Shown here piece by piece: positions 12,311-26,595 of a stretch of DNA of 64,000 nt. Every line of letters starts with the position of its first letter. The first letter of the stretch is position 1. A model generated the notes under the pieces. It made no database searches, had not been told where the DNA came from, and saw only the letters and a program-made list of their open reading frames with translations. Where the stretch lies: contig NC_042999.1 of assembly GCF_006345805.1 (NCBI RefSeq), forward strand, positions 100,998,001-101,062,000. Direction: 5' to 3'. The position numbers and the translations under genes were made by a program. Source of the stretch: Octopus sinensis (taxonomy: Eukaryota).

Positions 12311-13684
12311 CTGAAATTAAAACAAGTTATTGTTTCCATTATTATTGCAGGGAAGACATTTTTTCTCTCTTTCTTTTATGCTTTATTTAAGGAGGGAGGA
12401 TATGACAGGTGAAAATATTTTTAACAGATAACGCAGTCAAAATTGCAAGTATAAAAATACTGATATTTTTCTTTCTTGATATACATATAGGTAAAAAGAA
12501 ATGTACAAATGGACTTTTAAGGTAATAATATATTTAGCTATCTATGTTACAAACCAATGATGGTACATCTACTCAATTGTGTGACCTAAATTTCCCTAAG
12601 ACTACTTTCTGTAGCCTTGAAAGGATAAAAGAAATGTTGAAAAATTCAATCCTAAAATAGATATACCAGAAAGATGAGACAGTCATGTGTCTGTTGAATA
12701 ATAAAGGGTTTTCAGAGAAAAACTAAAACATTAAGATGTAGATTAACAAGAAGTATGACTAAAAATTTCAAGTCGATGATGGAGTGCAAAACAGAAAATT
12801 TAATTGACAATAGAGTTTGAACAGTTCACGTAGGACAATGATCATACATGCACACACACACACACTCACTCAAACGCATACATACACACACAAACACTGC
12901 ACACAAAATATTTATTCAAACATATTCCAAATTCTAATAAAATTTAACACAAGATATCAGAAATGTCACTTTTCTCTTCCTAATAAACTACCCAGCTCTA
13001 GCAATGATCTTACAATAGTATGAAAGCAAAAACAACCAAAATGAAAGCGTATCATACTCAGAATACACAGAAATAATTTAAGTATCCGAACAAAAGTATC
13101 TATATCAAAAATGTATCTATAACATAAAGTATCTATAACAAAAATCTAAGTATATATAACAAAAAAAAAACTGGAATTCTACACTGTAACTTTTAATTTC
13201 CTAAAAATTTACCTCCATAAAAATAAAAAGTTCATCATTACATACAATATTCACACTGCACTAATATGAGCTTGATCAGTTAGAAATTGCAGTCAAGTCT
13301 CACTAAACTCACACTGCTACTGTCTTAAGAAATGAAAGAATACCCAATAAAGTCCTAGGTATCCCTAAAATGATTGGAAGTTCATAGTGAAATGCCCTTA
13401 ATCATAATTCTGCTCAATCAAAGAATCAAAGCTAGAAACCCAACATAGACTCCATCAAATCTCCAAATCAACTTCAGTAAATCAGAAATTCCTAAAGTTT
13501 TGCATCCACTACAAACAGCATTCAATCACAAATACAACAAAGTGGCACTTGAAATACATGGATTTAAAGGTGAAGAAAAGAAATAACAGCATAAAGTATA
13601 TTTTCATAATAAACTTATACATTTCACTACCAACCCCACTAGACAACATACCCAAATTATAACTGACATTCACTGGAAGAGAAT

Positions 13685-14150
13685 ATCATCATCATCATCA
13701 TCATCATCATTTAACGTCCGCTTTCCATGCTAGCATGGGTTGGACGGTTCAACTGGGGTCTGGGGAGCCCGAAAGCTGCACCAGTCCAGTCAGATCTGGC
13801 AGTGTTTCTACAGCTGGATGCCCTTCCTAACGCCAACCACTCCGAGAGTGTAGTGGGTGATTTTATGTGCCACCGACACAGGTGCCAGACGAGGCTGGCA
13901 AACGGCCACGCTCGGATGGTGTTTTTTATGTGCCACCGACACAGGTGCCAGACGAGGCTGGCAGACGGCCACGCTCGGATGGTGTTTTTATGTGCCACCG
14001 ACACAGGTGCCAGATGAGGCTGGCAAACGGCCACGATCGGATGGTGCTTGTTACGTGCCCACAGCACGGAGGCCAGTCGATGTGGTACTGGCTACGGCCA
14101 CGTTCGGATGGTTTTATTGTGTGCCACGTGCCACCGGCACTGGTACCACA
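13685..14150 (-). mobile_element. RTE-type LINE 3' end with internal 62-63-bp tandem array
   Basis: (ATC)n tail at 13685-13710, the family terminus, and three near-identical units starting at 13861, 13924 and 13986 followed by degenerate units. Confidence 0.8.
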
Positions 14151-14579
14151 AAGATACAAATTCCATTGATGTTCATCTATTTTGATTTGTTTTGGTATAT
14201 CTCAATGACACAGCAGTGACCAGCATATGTAATGCAGTATATAGGATATACATGCTTTTTTTTAACTTTTAGTTTGTTTCATTTCTTGGTTATTTTCTTG
14301 CTGTGTTACTGAGAGTATTTATCTTGCATATGATGTTGGCATACATGCTTGGAATTGTTTAGTATTTTTTTAAAAATCAGGTTAGCTATTTGGTACTTTG
14401 TGGAATGAGATCTTAGTGCTTTTTACAATGCTATACTGTGTTACAAAATATATCTATAGATATTTAGCCAACATTCTATGTATAGACAGATGTAACAACC
14501 TTGTCTATATTTACATTCATGGACTGAAAATTGGGATCATCCACATTTTCTTTTCATCCATCTTTCTTTTCATCACGTG

Positions 14580-15000
14580 ACCATCTTTCTTTTCCTGCAT
14601 TGTCATTCAAAAGAATGGATGTGTTTTTTCTCTCTCTCTTCTATCTTTTCTCTTTCCCAAAAAATGTTTCTCCTAGCATTCACTATTTTCCTCTCATTCT
14701 GGTCTAAACGACCCTCCATGTTTGTTTTCATTCGGTTTCCTTGTATGTCTCCACTGTCATGTTTTTGTTCCCAACTGTGACTCTTCATAATTCCTAAATT
14801 TTATTTTAGAATTTATGGGAGCAACTGTCTTTGAAGACCCATATTGTCGTTGAATGCTCGAAATGAGGAGTAGACAGACACCCAACAACTGATGAAGGGT
14901 CCGTTTGCTGTGTTTATTTGTCCTATTTTCCATTTTTCTTTGTTGTTTACGTATTTCATGTTATTTATACCATAGATGACATCCTGTACCCATATATGCA
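14580..15000 (+). mobile_element. Possible Penelope pseudo-LTR remnant ending at (TG)/(TA)n
   Basis: Pyrimidine-rich island containing a degenerate hammerhead-like fold at 14825-14877 and running into a microsatellite. Confidence 0.35.
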
Positions 15001-15060
15001 TGTGTGTATATATATATATTATTTATTATTTAATTGAACATGATGCATCCATTTCCATGT

Positions 15061-15062
15061 AA

Positions 15063-15126
<64 letters not shown>
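15061..15126. repeat. Pure (TA)n microsatellite
   Basis: About 30 uninterrupted TA units; one example of dozens of (TA)n, (TG)n and (GA)n tracts in the window. Confidence 0.95.
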
Positions 15127-15131
<5 letters not shown>

Positions 15132-15911
15132 AGTAAGATTCAGGGAAATGTAGTATGCTATGCAAAAATCTATCTATCTATCTACCACATACTCATGCAC
15201 ACACTCACATACATGTACAGGTTTGATTACATGAGATCCATAAAGGATAGCAGCATATCAAGAATATCAAAGTGAAGCAAGCTACAAATTGGCTAGACAG
15301 AATGATAGAAAACAGACAGCATGGAAGGCATCAATAATAAGGAAGTTCACTGTTATTAGATAAACATAGCTCCAATAGTTTCCAGAAACATTCAACAATG
15401 AATGGAAGGAACACTTAGAGTGGCACACGAACATAATACAAAAAAAAAGGATTATCTAATATTGTGACAAGAGTCTTTATTGCAACAAAAGCATTCTACT
15501 GTCAGGTATGCAGTATGCACATCAGACTAACCAAATAAATGAATAAGCATTCAGAAATATTTTACATTTACATGGGTGGAAATACTAACTGTGAAACAAA
15601 GAAGGGGAATAGAAGAGTGAGGTTGTAAATTAAAGAACAGTGAAAGGCATTTCTACTCTAAACATATCATTAAATTTAGCAACCTTATTCATGAAGGTTG
15701 GTAATTGCAGGACATGCTTGTTTACTGACAGATAGCAGTTGCTAAGCATGATATTTGAAACAATCAAAATGGTCAAGGAACAGCTGCCAAACAATCAAAA
15801 TGTTCAAAGAATAGTTGCCAATGCTACTCTTTAAAGAGTTATATTGTTTTAAGGTCATCTATATTAAGTAGTGACATGGTTAATATTTTCCAACAACTTA
15901 TATGGTTTGTG

Positions 15912-15963
<52 letters not shown>

Positions 15964-18900
15964 CTCACCATAAACTACTCTAATCCTCTTTATTTACCAA
16001 CATTTATCTTCAAGAAAATCAAAACAAACTATGGATCACAAAAATACAATTGAATCCTTCTCTAATATCAACCAGTTAGAAAGGGAGCATTAACACCAAC
16101 ACTAGACTTGCAAGAAATAGTAGTGAAATCTCCTATAAATATCAATCCTACCACTACAAAAATAGAAAAAGACACATTGGATAATGTAGTCTTATATATC
16201 CTTAAAAAGACAAGATGGTCATGGCTGGAATGCTTTTAATCAGAGGTTTGCATAATCAAGCATAACTTGGGGTTAAATAATACTGACAAAAACAGCAACA
16301 ATAATCTGTCAGCTATAATGTGAGTGAATGTATGTAAATAGTTATTTAAATTATATAGAAAATAATATGCTAGAGAGACAGAGAATTATGAACAAGCCAT
16401 GGTAGTAAAGCCACAGAATAGGCTTCGCTATTTCTACTCATAACTGTATAAGTTCATACTAATGAACTTTAAGACTTTAGAGAAGTAAACTATCAACTAG
16501 ATAAAATTATGACTATTTATCTATTGTATTATACAATGTAGACACAAACTCAAGTATTTGATAAAAGCTATCACCTTTAACACACATTTAATCTTAAGCA
16601 ATCAAATTGACTTCCTCTGTTAGGATAAAGTAAAACTATATTGTAAATAACCAACCAGATATCTCAGAACTACCAATCAATAACGTTGGCAAAAATATTT
16701 TGTGTGTGTGTGTGCATATTGGTTCTTTGCAGCATGTGTGTATATGCATGTGAGTGTGTGCATGTATGTGTATAATCACACAGACATACACATATGTGTA
16801 TATCAACATATATATATATGTGTGAGAGTTTGAATGAATATATGCACACACACATACATATATATATGGAAATACCTTTGTTTCCTTTGTGCATGACTTC
16901 TGCCCTTACAGCCTAACTACTTCTATGCATTTAAGTCCCAGTTTTCTGTCAACCTGCCAGAAGTCACTGGTGCACCTTTTGTTTACCGAATATTTACACC
17001 GAGTACAAAACATGACCTTCCTACTTACTCTTCCTCCTCCTCTAACATATCAAACAAGATCATTTCCTAGGTAGCATTGACTTAATGATGAGGAGGAGGA
17101 GGAAGAAGTGGATGCTGTGTGTTTGTATTTACTTAACATATTTTATGAGATACTTAATGCTTGATAAGATCCTACTTTCAACAAATATTTTATTAAGTGT
17201 GGTGGATGCTAGAATTGGTAGAGCATTAAACAGAATACCTTGTTGTATTTGATGTAATGTATATATTTTCTGAGACCAATTTCCTCCCAGTCTTATTTTG
17301 CTTTTTATCTTTTCTGATGGAGGTGAAATAAGTACCTATTCAGACCTATTATACCTATTATACCCTTGAAGATAGTCTTCCAGTGGTGTTCCTAGAGCAA
17401 GACCTTATTCTATGAAATTCTATAGAATTTCTTAGAATAATTGAAAATAGTTACCACTGCTGTAGAAATGGCACTTATATATATATATATATATATATAT
17501 GCATGCAATTTGAAATATTTTGAAGAATCTTTCTCTTTATGCTAATGTAATGGTAGGAAATAGCAACTTAACTACACATAGGCATGCACACACACATACA
17601 TACACACACCTGTACAAATCAATATGAAAGTCTCTATACAATTATTTTGTCTTGTTAGAAATAGTAGAAAATTTCCCCCAAATCGCATTTAGAAAGGCAA
17701 ACACTTTCAATGCTACCAATGTTATGAATAACAGCATTTAAATCACTGATACCAACTACAGACACTGATGATAATAAGGAAATAACTCAGATGAGCCAGT
17801 AAGGAACCACTATGAAACTGTTTGACCTGCTACAAATAGCAATCAAATCTTTCTCAAATCAAAATCTTCTATCTTAAAACGAGAACATGTTGGCCAATGT
17901 ATCATAAATATACAAATAAAAAAATCTAACAAATCTTGAATGATCATGGCTAAATAATAGTAATATGCATGTATGCACACACACACAGACAGACACAGGG
18001 GGAGATAAAGAGACACAAAGAGAAAGACAACATAAAAGTCAGATACTGAAAGAATTTATCAAAAAATAGATGAAAAATCATTATGCAAACAGAAGGAAAA
18101 ATAACAGCAAAAGGAACAGCAAAAATGTAATGTAAATGTAGGTTAAGAATACAAAGCATTACTTTTAGAAAAGCCATTTAGAATAAGTGTATAGATACCA
18201 TCTGTAATGGTACCATATATGTGCTTTTTCAATGACTGATTCGATTTATTTTCTAATATCTTATATTCAAGAATTGAAATTATGATTCAATGAAAAGAAA
18301 AATATATACTGGAGTATTGGTAAAATAGATGCTAGCTCTTTTTATTACTATCACCATCAGGCAAAATGGCTGTTAAGAATTAGCATAGCATAATTTATGT
18401 CTTTTTACATTATGAGTTCAAACTTCTCTCAGGTCAGTAATATTCTTTCCTTCAAAAGCAATAAAGTATCAATCAAGTACTGGTATTATTCAATCAACTC
18501 TGCCACTACCACCTCACAAAACAAGGACTCATGCCTAAATTAGAATTCATTATTATTGAAATATACGGCTAAGAAATTTGTTTTGCAGCAATGTGGTTTT
18601 GGCTTCTGTTACACTGTGTGGCACATTGGGGCAACTGTCTTTCCAGGCTGGCCAAACATTTCTGAATGGATTTCACAGTGGGAACATATATATGTGTGTG
18701 TGTGTGTTTACTTGTTGAGTCATGAGAAAGGGACAGAGCTTATGAGCTTTGTAGGCCCTTTGATTGGTAAGATAGGATCAACACCATTAAGGATCAGCAC
18801 ATGCAAAAAGGTAAAAGGAAGAAAGAAAAAGAAAAGACAGACAGAAGATAGCTCACTTCAAGGCTAGATGCTGGAGTGAGCTGTGTTCATGTCTCCTTGT

Positions 18901-19443
18901 CTTGATATAATTAGCAAATTGTAAACAAATGTCACCATTATAGAAAAGTGATGTCATTCATTTACTCTCTTACATAAAATCATATCTTGCTATTGTGTTA
19001 TTCATGTTTGAAGGTAAATATCATTGTACTTGGAAATAGGTGAAGATTGGCAATAGAAAGAGTATTCGGCCATAGAAATTCTGCCTCAGTAAATCTTGTC
19101 TGGCTCACACAATCATGAAAAGGTGGTTCTTCACATTTGGAGTGTGGCTCATATATTTGAAATGGCTAGACCATGTCCAGAAAATAGCAAAAACCAACTT
19201 ACAAACCACTAGCTCCCTATTCCTTCATACATAACAGCAACGGTTCCAGTCCAAATGTACTAAAATATCTAGTGAAGGTTAATACTCTGAGCCTGTAATC
19301 TTATTAAAAGTTAACTCATTCCATGTAACAACAGTGAGGAGGAGAGGGAGAGCAACAACAACAACTAGTATTACTATAGTTTATGTAATAAACAAAAGGA
19401 AATCAATATAGGAGATGAATAATTAGTTGGTTGCCAAACTTAC

Positions 19444-19615
19444 TAGGATGGATATATTTTTCAGTTTTGTTAGCTTCTGCCTCATCCATGTTGAACTTTT
19501 CACAGGACCACGACATAGCTCCAATCTCAGCCCCTTCAAGAACCATCACCTGAGTTAACATTGCTCCAGTAGAACTCATTACAATTATTTGTCCATCAGA
19601 TGTCCCAAACATCAC
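19444..19615 (-). CDS. TULP4: Internal coding exon of tubby-related protein 4 (TULP4/Tusp), WD40 region
   Basis: 172-nt exon with acceptor ...tttcag| and donor |gtaagt, phase 0 to phase 1. Translates VMFGTSDGQIIVMSSTGAMLTQVMVLEGAEIGAMSWSCEKFNMDEAEANKTEKYIHP, matching my recollection of TULP4 (human VLFGTADGQVIVMDCHGRMLAHV; invertebrate WSCEKF motif). Confidence 0.9.
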
Positions 19616-21170
19616 CTGAAATAGAATTTGTAGTATAGAAACTATAACATAAACATACAATGAAAAACAACCCACTTTTTGTAATCCTTTTCGTCTACAG
19701 CTTTGCAAGATTGTAGTACAAGTAACAAACTACATTATCCAATGTTTCAAAAGTGCACACTACTTTCTTTTTAATTTGATATACTTGTTACTTTCAAATT
19801 TAATGTTCAAAAGTAAGAATCCTATTGACTGTCACATGTTAAATTATCAACTAAGTAAATCTATAGTGAACTACAAACAACCCTTATACATATGTGTGTG
19901 TGTGCGTGTGTGTGCGCACACACGCATGTGGCATAAAAAATGCAAAAAAAGTTAAAAAACACAGAATTTATTAGGTTGACATTCAGGAAATGGAAAAAAA
20001 GAAGAAAATGTCTTCTACATTTCAAGTATTCACTCTTCTTCTGAATATGACAGAATAGATAAGGAGAAAAGAATGGAGAAAGTAAAATGGAGAAATAGAA
20101 ACACATGTGTATTTAACGATCATGACACGCGCACCCACAAATACACATCTGTGTGTGTGTGTGTGTGTGTGTAAAGGAGCTGGCATGGCTGTGTGCTCTT
20201 CTTAACCACACAGTCCCACTGCATGGCAATTTGAACAAGTGTCCTCTGCTATAGCCCCAGGTTAACTAACACTTAAGAGGATTTGAAAAAATGGAAAATG
20301 AGAAACGAGTATCATCATCGTTATCATCTTTATTTCATGTTGGCATGGATTGGACAGTTCCATAGGATCTGATGGGCCCAAGGACTGCATTGTACTCCAC
20401 TGTCTATGTAGGCATGTTTTGTATGGCTGGATACCCTTCCTAACATGATCCACTTTACAGCATGTATTGTGTACACCAACACTAGTGAGGTCACAATGCA
20501 GCTTGCAAAATTACAGACCCTGAGACAAGTAGCTACCAGCATAAAATTGCCTCTGTTGGAGTTTGTAGTCTTGCAGGATGCATATTAATTTTGTGTGTGC
20601 ATGTGTGTATATAAATCTGTGTATGTGTGTGCATGCACACACATATATATGTATTATACTGCCTTGTCATGATATTGCATAATAGTTATAAATGTGGGTT
20701 ACTGTCACAGCACTTTTCATATCCAATCTTCTATGAAAACATGTCAAACTATAGGGAAATATTAACTTGTTTGAAAACAGATAAGGGTTGTGAAACCATT
20801 AAGTTATAGGGATGCAAGATGCATGCGCAAAGACACACACACATGTGACAGGCTGCCACAATGCATTGGTCAACCTAGGGCTATAATAGTAGAAGACAGT
20901 TGTCTAAAAAGTGTCGCATGATGGGACTGAACCCAAAACCACATTATTGCACAGTGAACTTCTTAACCACACAGCCATGCCTCTAAATTATTAAATAAAT
21001 AAATAAAAAATAAAAATTACATCTCATGCTTCATGAGAAATTGAGTGTAAAACAAAAACAAAATGAAAATTTTATGTTTATGAATTTGTTTTGCAAGATT
21101 CCTGATGTGAAATCATTTGTTGAAACAGTTAGTTATATTTTGGGATGGCCTTTTTTTTTTTCTTGCCAAA

Positions 21171-21410
21171 TAAACACACACTATATATTTTTTCTTCACT
21201 TGTTTATTACTGTTCTTATTTTATCTTATGCCTACTGTCTGGAAATCTTTTGTTACACATCTGGTGACCTCTTCAGTGACTCTTCCACCCCACGTTCTCC
21301 TCTTGTTCTGTTTAGTCAATGGAAGAGTTGCTGAAGAACTCACAGGTGTGAGATGAAAGATTTCTAGACAAAGGACATAAGATAAAATAAGAACAATAAG
21401 CATGTGTTTA
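21171..21410. mobile_element. Foldback/MITE-like palindromic element
   Basis: Arms 21211-21287 and 21320-21395 are reverse complements (tgttcttattttatcttatg/cataagataaaataagaaca; tcttcag..actcttcca/tggaagagt..ctgaaga), with outer taaacac/gtgttta. Confidence 0.7.
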
Positions 21411-23299
21411 TCTGACAGGTGAAAATTCCTTTTTTAAATGACTATCCAGAAATGAAAATTGTGATATGGAAACAGTATAGAACAAATTTAGAAGATAAGA
21501 GATAGGAATTTCTTCAACCCTTACGCTAGACACAAATCTTCCTTGCATTAGATTATTGTTAACATATCGGGGATCATGGAGCTGCTTTTTAAGTCTCTTC
21601 TGTAACCACTCATCAATTTCAAAAACCTGTAAAAGCTACACAATCGTCTTTTTGCTTCCTCAGACTAAATAATAGAAACAAAAATACTACTTGCTAAATG
21701 TGAGTATGTGATAGTTTCAATCTCAAGTTGAAAACAAGTGTAAGTCAAATATATAGCAATAACAACTATGGCAATATTGTGATTCAAAAGATAGGGTATA
21801 GGTGAGTAGTTTGATTGTTCAAAGCTTGACACAAACAGTACTGAATGCTAGGACAAGACAACATTACTTTAGTAAATATAATCTCACTCTACTCACAGGC
21901 AGCTATTGCATTTGGTTCTTATAGCAGAAATATCTAATTACCCAGATTTGTACAACTGATAACAAGATATAGCAGTATGAAATGGGTTATAAAAAAATTA
22001 TAATGTGTGTGTATGGATGACAAATTGGCAGAGATGGTCAAACATTCAACCAACAATGACTTATGGAATTCAATTTTTCTCCACACTGACTAACTCTGTT
22101 TTTCTTTCTACAGAGAAAACAAGTGATGTAAGAGCAAATATGAACAAATAATATTCTGTAATGCTGTGAGAGTTAAATTAAGTTACCACCACTTCTACAA
22201 AAATATTCTAGTGATTAATCCAACAATATACATACATAAATGATAGATGGATGTCAGAATCACTAAAATGGTGAATATTCTCCTTACATTCTGTCTTCAA
22301 ATCTCACCCTTGTCTACTTTACTTTTCAACCTTCTAAGATCAGTAACATTAGCATGAGTCAATAAAATAAGTATTGGGTCAATGTAATCAACAATTATAT
22401 CATAAAAGGCTGTTCCAGCATAACTACAGACCAATAACTAAAACCAGAATAAAAGAATAAATGAATATATTGTCGTTACATCCATTTTTCATAGCTAGCA
22501 CAGCTTGGCTGATTTTGGAGCAATTGCTTTTACATTTGCAAAGAGAAATTGCTCCAATATAAAAACTAAGAAAATATGCATTCAGTAATAACTACTTTTT
22601 AATGTAAAGAGGAGGAGGCTTCTATAACCAATCTATTGGGTATATTTTGTTTTACTTTTATTCTATTTCTTTCCTTTTTTATATATACTTTAATGCACTA
22701 TCCAGTTTGTACAGGCAGAATGAAAAATGTTAAGTGTTGTGACATATTAATGTGAAGCCAATTAAAAGTAGCATATTAAATAGTTTGTCATATGAATACA
22801 AAACCAGTGCGAAAATTGATTGATAAGCATAAGATAAATATTCTAATAAAATCTACAAGAGCTAATATTCTTCAGCCTTTTTCCCCAGCAATAAAAATAC
22901 TAACCTTGATATTAAAATAACAAGACACAATCCTAATTTATTCAAGGAATTATGTATCAATGTAACTGTCTGCTTCTACAAATACACTTTCATCATTTCA
23001 AAACAGTTTTACTAGATATCAATTATAAAAAATAAAAAAACATGTATGCAGGTGAGTTATCAGTATGTTAGACTGCTGACTAGAGCTGTTGATGTTCTAC
23101 ATACCATCACTAGCACTGAAAAGGTAGTCAGGATTTTCCTTAGTGGAAATAACTTGGAAGGCTCTGTCATCACTATCTATGGAATTTATTCAAATGATGT
23201 CAAAAATGACTAAAATACTATTAGATGATATTATTTTACAATCCTATAGTTTATAAATTAGCAAAAAATGTAGATTGAGAACTAGTTGGTTGATGCATG

Positions 23300-23660
23300 A
23301 ATCAGAAGTATGATGTGATACAGTAGCATCATACATGCAAGATATGGGCATTGAATGTGTGAAGGACATTTGAAAGCTGAAGAGACATATACTAAGCATT
23401 ATCTATTGGATGTGCAAAGTTGACATGTATGAGATACATAACACAAACTGAAAAAGCTAAGAAAACAGTGTGAGGGGAGATGACAGTAAGGTGTGGACAT
23501 GTGATGTAAATAGACAATGATACAAGATGAAGAGTAGTGTATGATACTGTTGGAAGGTACTTGTGGAAGAGTCAAACAAAAGGAGACATGAGAAGAAGTG
23601 TTGAGGTCACAGATTACAATCACAGAGGAAGAGACAAAAAACTAAGATGAATGACAATAT
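23300..23660 (+). pseudogene. Highly decayed RTE ORF2 C-terminal remnant
   Basis: Interrupted translation gives ..IWALNV..YWMCKV..CGHVM*ID..LLEGTCGRVKQKET*EEVL, matching RTE motifs TWAL/RWMCNV/GHVMRM/EGTCGRGRPRKTW. Confidence 0.6.
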
Positions 23661-24249
23661 GCCATATTAATAGCCATTTCCAAACTATAAGCTGCTGTTG
23701 TTGTTGATAATAATGAATGTGGTTCTCTATTTATTCTATTTAATAATAATAAAATTTGGCTACATATTTCTGAAGCCTAAACATAATAAATTTAGATTTC
23801 AGAAATATGCATCGAAATTTTATTTTAACAATTTACAATATATTATTAACATTAAATCAGTTGAGCACACACAGAGAAATGATTTTGTATATCAGAAATG
23901 ATATTAATGTAAGTTTGGTAATGACATACAGTTCCTGAATTCTGTCGTCATAACTCATGTCTCAAATTTATACTATACTTGTCAAATGTCATTTTTCACT
24001 CATTCATACATTTGTTTGACCATGTATTATTTCAACTTAAGGATATAAGACTTGAAAATCATCAAAAATTATTGAAACAATGCTTTACCAATAATATGAA
24101 AATAGCATTCTGAAAATGTCAATAAATGACAATAATAATGCCATTTAATGATGTAGCATTTATGTTCTTATTTTCATTGCATTACAAAGTGTAGTTCTGT
24201 GTTCCTTAGGTCTGTGCAGTATTATGATTTACTTTTAATGCTTATATTG

Positions 24250-24819
24250 TGGCCTATGCCGGTAGTGTAACCAGCCCACTTAGGCGTACCTTTCTGTCAT
24301 TGGACACTAAACTCTGCTTGCGAAGACCTGCTGAGGCAAGTGAAATTGAAATCAAATTCAATGACAGCATCGCATGACTGGCATTTGTGCTAGTGGAGTG
24401 CTAAGAGCACCTCGTTGTCAGAGCCACTGACTGGCCCCATGCTGGTGGCACATAAAAAGCACCATTCAAGCATGATCATTACCAGTGTCGCTTTACTGGC
24501 ACTCGTGCCCATGGCACATGAAAAACAACATTCAAGCGAGGGTGTTGCCAGTGCCACTGGACTGGCTCCTGTGCAGGTGACACGTAAAAACACCATTTGA
24601 GTGTGGCTATTGCCAGTACTGCCTGACTGGCCTCATGCTGGTGGCACATAAAAGCACCCACTACACTCTCAGAGTGGTTGGCGTTAGGAAGGCCATCCAG
24701 CTGTAGAAACTCTGCCAGATCAGATTGGAGTCTGGTGCAGCCATCTGGCTCACCAGTCCCCAGTCAAACCATCCAACCCATGCCAGCATGGAAAGCAGAT
24801 GCTAAATGATGATGATGAT
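24250..24819 (+). mobile_element. RTE-type LINE 3' end with (GAT)n tail
   Basis: cttgcgaagacctgctgaggcaagtga (decayed ORF end), repeated gtggcac..aaaaagcacc modules, the family terminus and a (GAT)n tail. Confidence 0.8.
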
Positions 24820-26595
24820 TATTATTGTATTAAAAGTACTCTACATAAAAAGTGTATGATGCCATGTCATGATATTTTCTATATTTTGTGTAAATAAGTG
24901 AGTCCTGGGTTTTGGTTATGTACTTGATTGCATGATTTTATATCATTCCAAAAGCATTTATTATTGTAGGGGATGTATGCTTTAAACCTCCATATTCATG
25001 TTCATCTGGATAATCTCTCGTTTGCTTTAAGAGATAAATTATCATCTGCCAGGTCTAGTACTTTGATGAGCCACTTTCCTCTTGTTGCCTTTGACAACAA
25101 TATCCAGTTAATTAACTTCAATCTCTTTGTCTGTGTGTATTAGCATACCCCCGAGTAGGATCATTTTCTCATTTTCTTAAGGCCTTTTTTGGTGTATGTC
25201 TATACTATCTTTTATCTGTAGGTATTTCATATTGCTGGCATGATCTCAAGTGTGGCTAAGTCCAAACTTGGTCATACCTGTAGATATATTCTTTCTTGGC
25301 AAAAACTGGGTAGCTAGAGAAGAGACATTAGATAATGTGGTACTAAATACACTAAATATGAAAAAGGAAAGATGAGATGGACAGTTGGAATGCTTTGATC
25401 TGACATGGGATTCAACAGCTACACATTTCTGATGTCTTGAAAATGTTCTTACACAAGGCCTATAGATTTTAGTGAAATTTCTTACTAACTATTGCCTTGG
25501 TCTCAATCACATTCAACTTCAATTGCAGCCCACAATTCTATGTTTTGATAAAGTTCTGTATTAGTTTGGTAGATTTACTGGAGAGTCACTTCATCAGCTT
25601 ATTAAAATTTCCCATTACAAATTCACTTTAGCTTTCATCTTTCTGTTGTCAATATATTAAGACCCAAATGAGAAAACGAATACTGGTCTTGATGTAACTG
25701 CGTCCATATTAAGACCTAGATTATAAAATGAATACTGGTATTGACAGAATTGTGTCCATCTTGCTGGACACAATTCAATCAACAGTGATGAATTGAGATG
25801 AATACAATTCAATGACTGAAACTAGTAAAAGCATAAAAGAATCTTTTGTGACCAAATTGAAATAGAAAAAGAAGACATGTTTTGATAATAGAGCCATGGT
25901 ATTTGTGTACAAACATATACATACACACTCTCTCTTTTACACACACACACGCTTGCATTGTAAATTCTGTACTGAGTCAACTGACAATTGCAAAACTTCA
26001 AGAATTTTCTTCCAGGTAACCTACCTAGCATTCATGGTTATATATTCAGATGCAAATTTGAATCATATATTTGCTTTATATATATATATATATATATATT
26101 TATTTACACACACACTTCCTCCTGCAACAACTTCACTTTCCCTATTTGCACCACCTGAATAACTTGATTCATTCATTTGAGAATCATGAAACTGTCAAAC
26201 CTCTCTCTCCTACACTCCCCTTCTCTCACTTTCTCTCTCTTTACCTTTATGGTAGTTGATAATGGTCCTGCTGTGTCAGTTATTGCACAATTTGATTAGC
26301 TAAGTGACTAATGTGACACCATCCTCAACTGCTTTAATCTTCATCTCTTTACTGGCCTCCAAAAATGGCTTTCTCTGTTGGATAGACTCTATCTTGTCCA
26401 TATTCCTTATTCAGTAGCCTATTATAGCAATACTTCCACATACATTATTTTCGACAATACTGTGGAGAAAATACAGCTCTATGATATTAATCACAATTCT
26501 CCCCTAATGACATCCCCTTTTTTATTTGCATTATTTTTCTAACACATTTGCAATTCTAAATCTTTCCCATTTCTTATTGTATAATAGAAAGAACC

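Larger units (their letters stand above)
12311..19443 (-). other. TULP4: TULP4 intron (7.1 kb, GT-AG)
   Basis: Joining the two exons directly keeps the frame and gives a linker close in length to the vertebrate protein. No intervening exon was recognised. Confidence 0.75.

Noticed and set aside
13861-14110. 62-63-bp tandem units and the 160-bp array at 51 kb as CRISPR-like arrays
   Set aside because: The units are identical along their whole length with no unique spacers, there are no cas genes, and they lie inside an RTE 3' UTR in eukaryotic DNA.
24990-25290. Possible very old RT remnant (minus strand VLDLADD)
   Set aside because: Only one weak motif; flanking RT motifs could not be recovered by eye.
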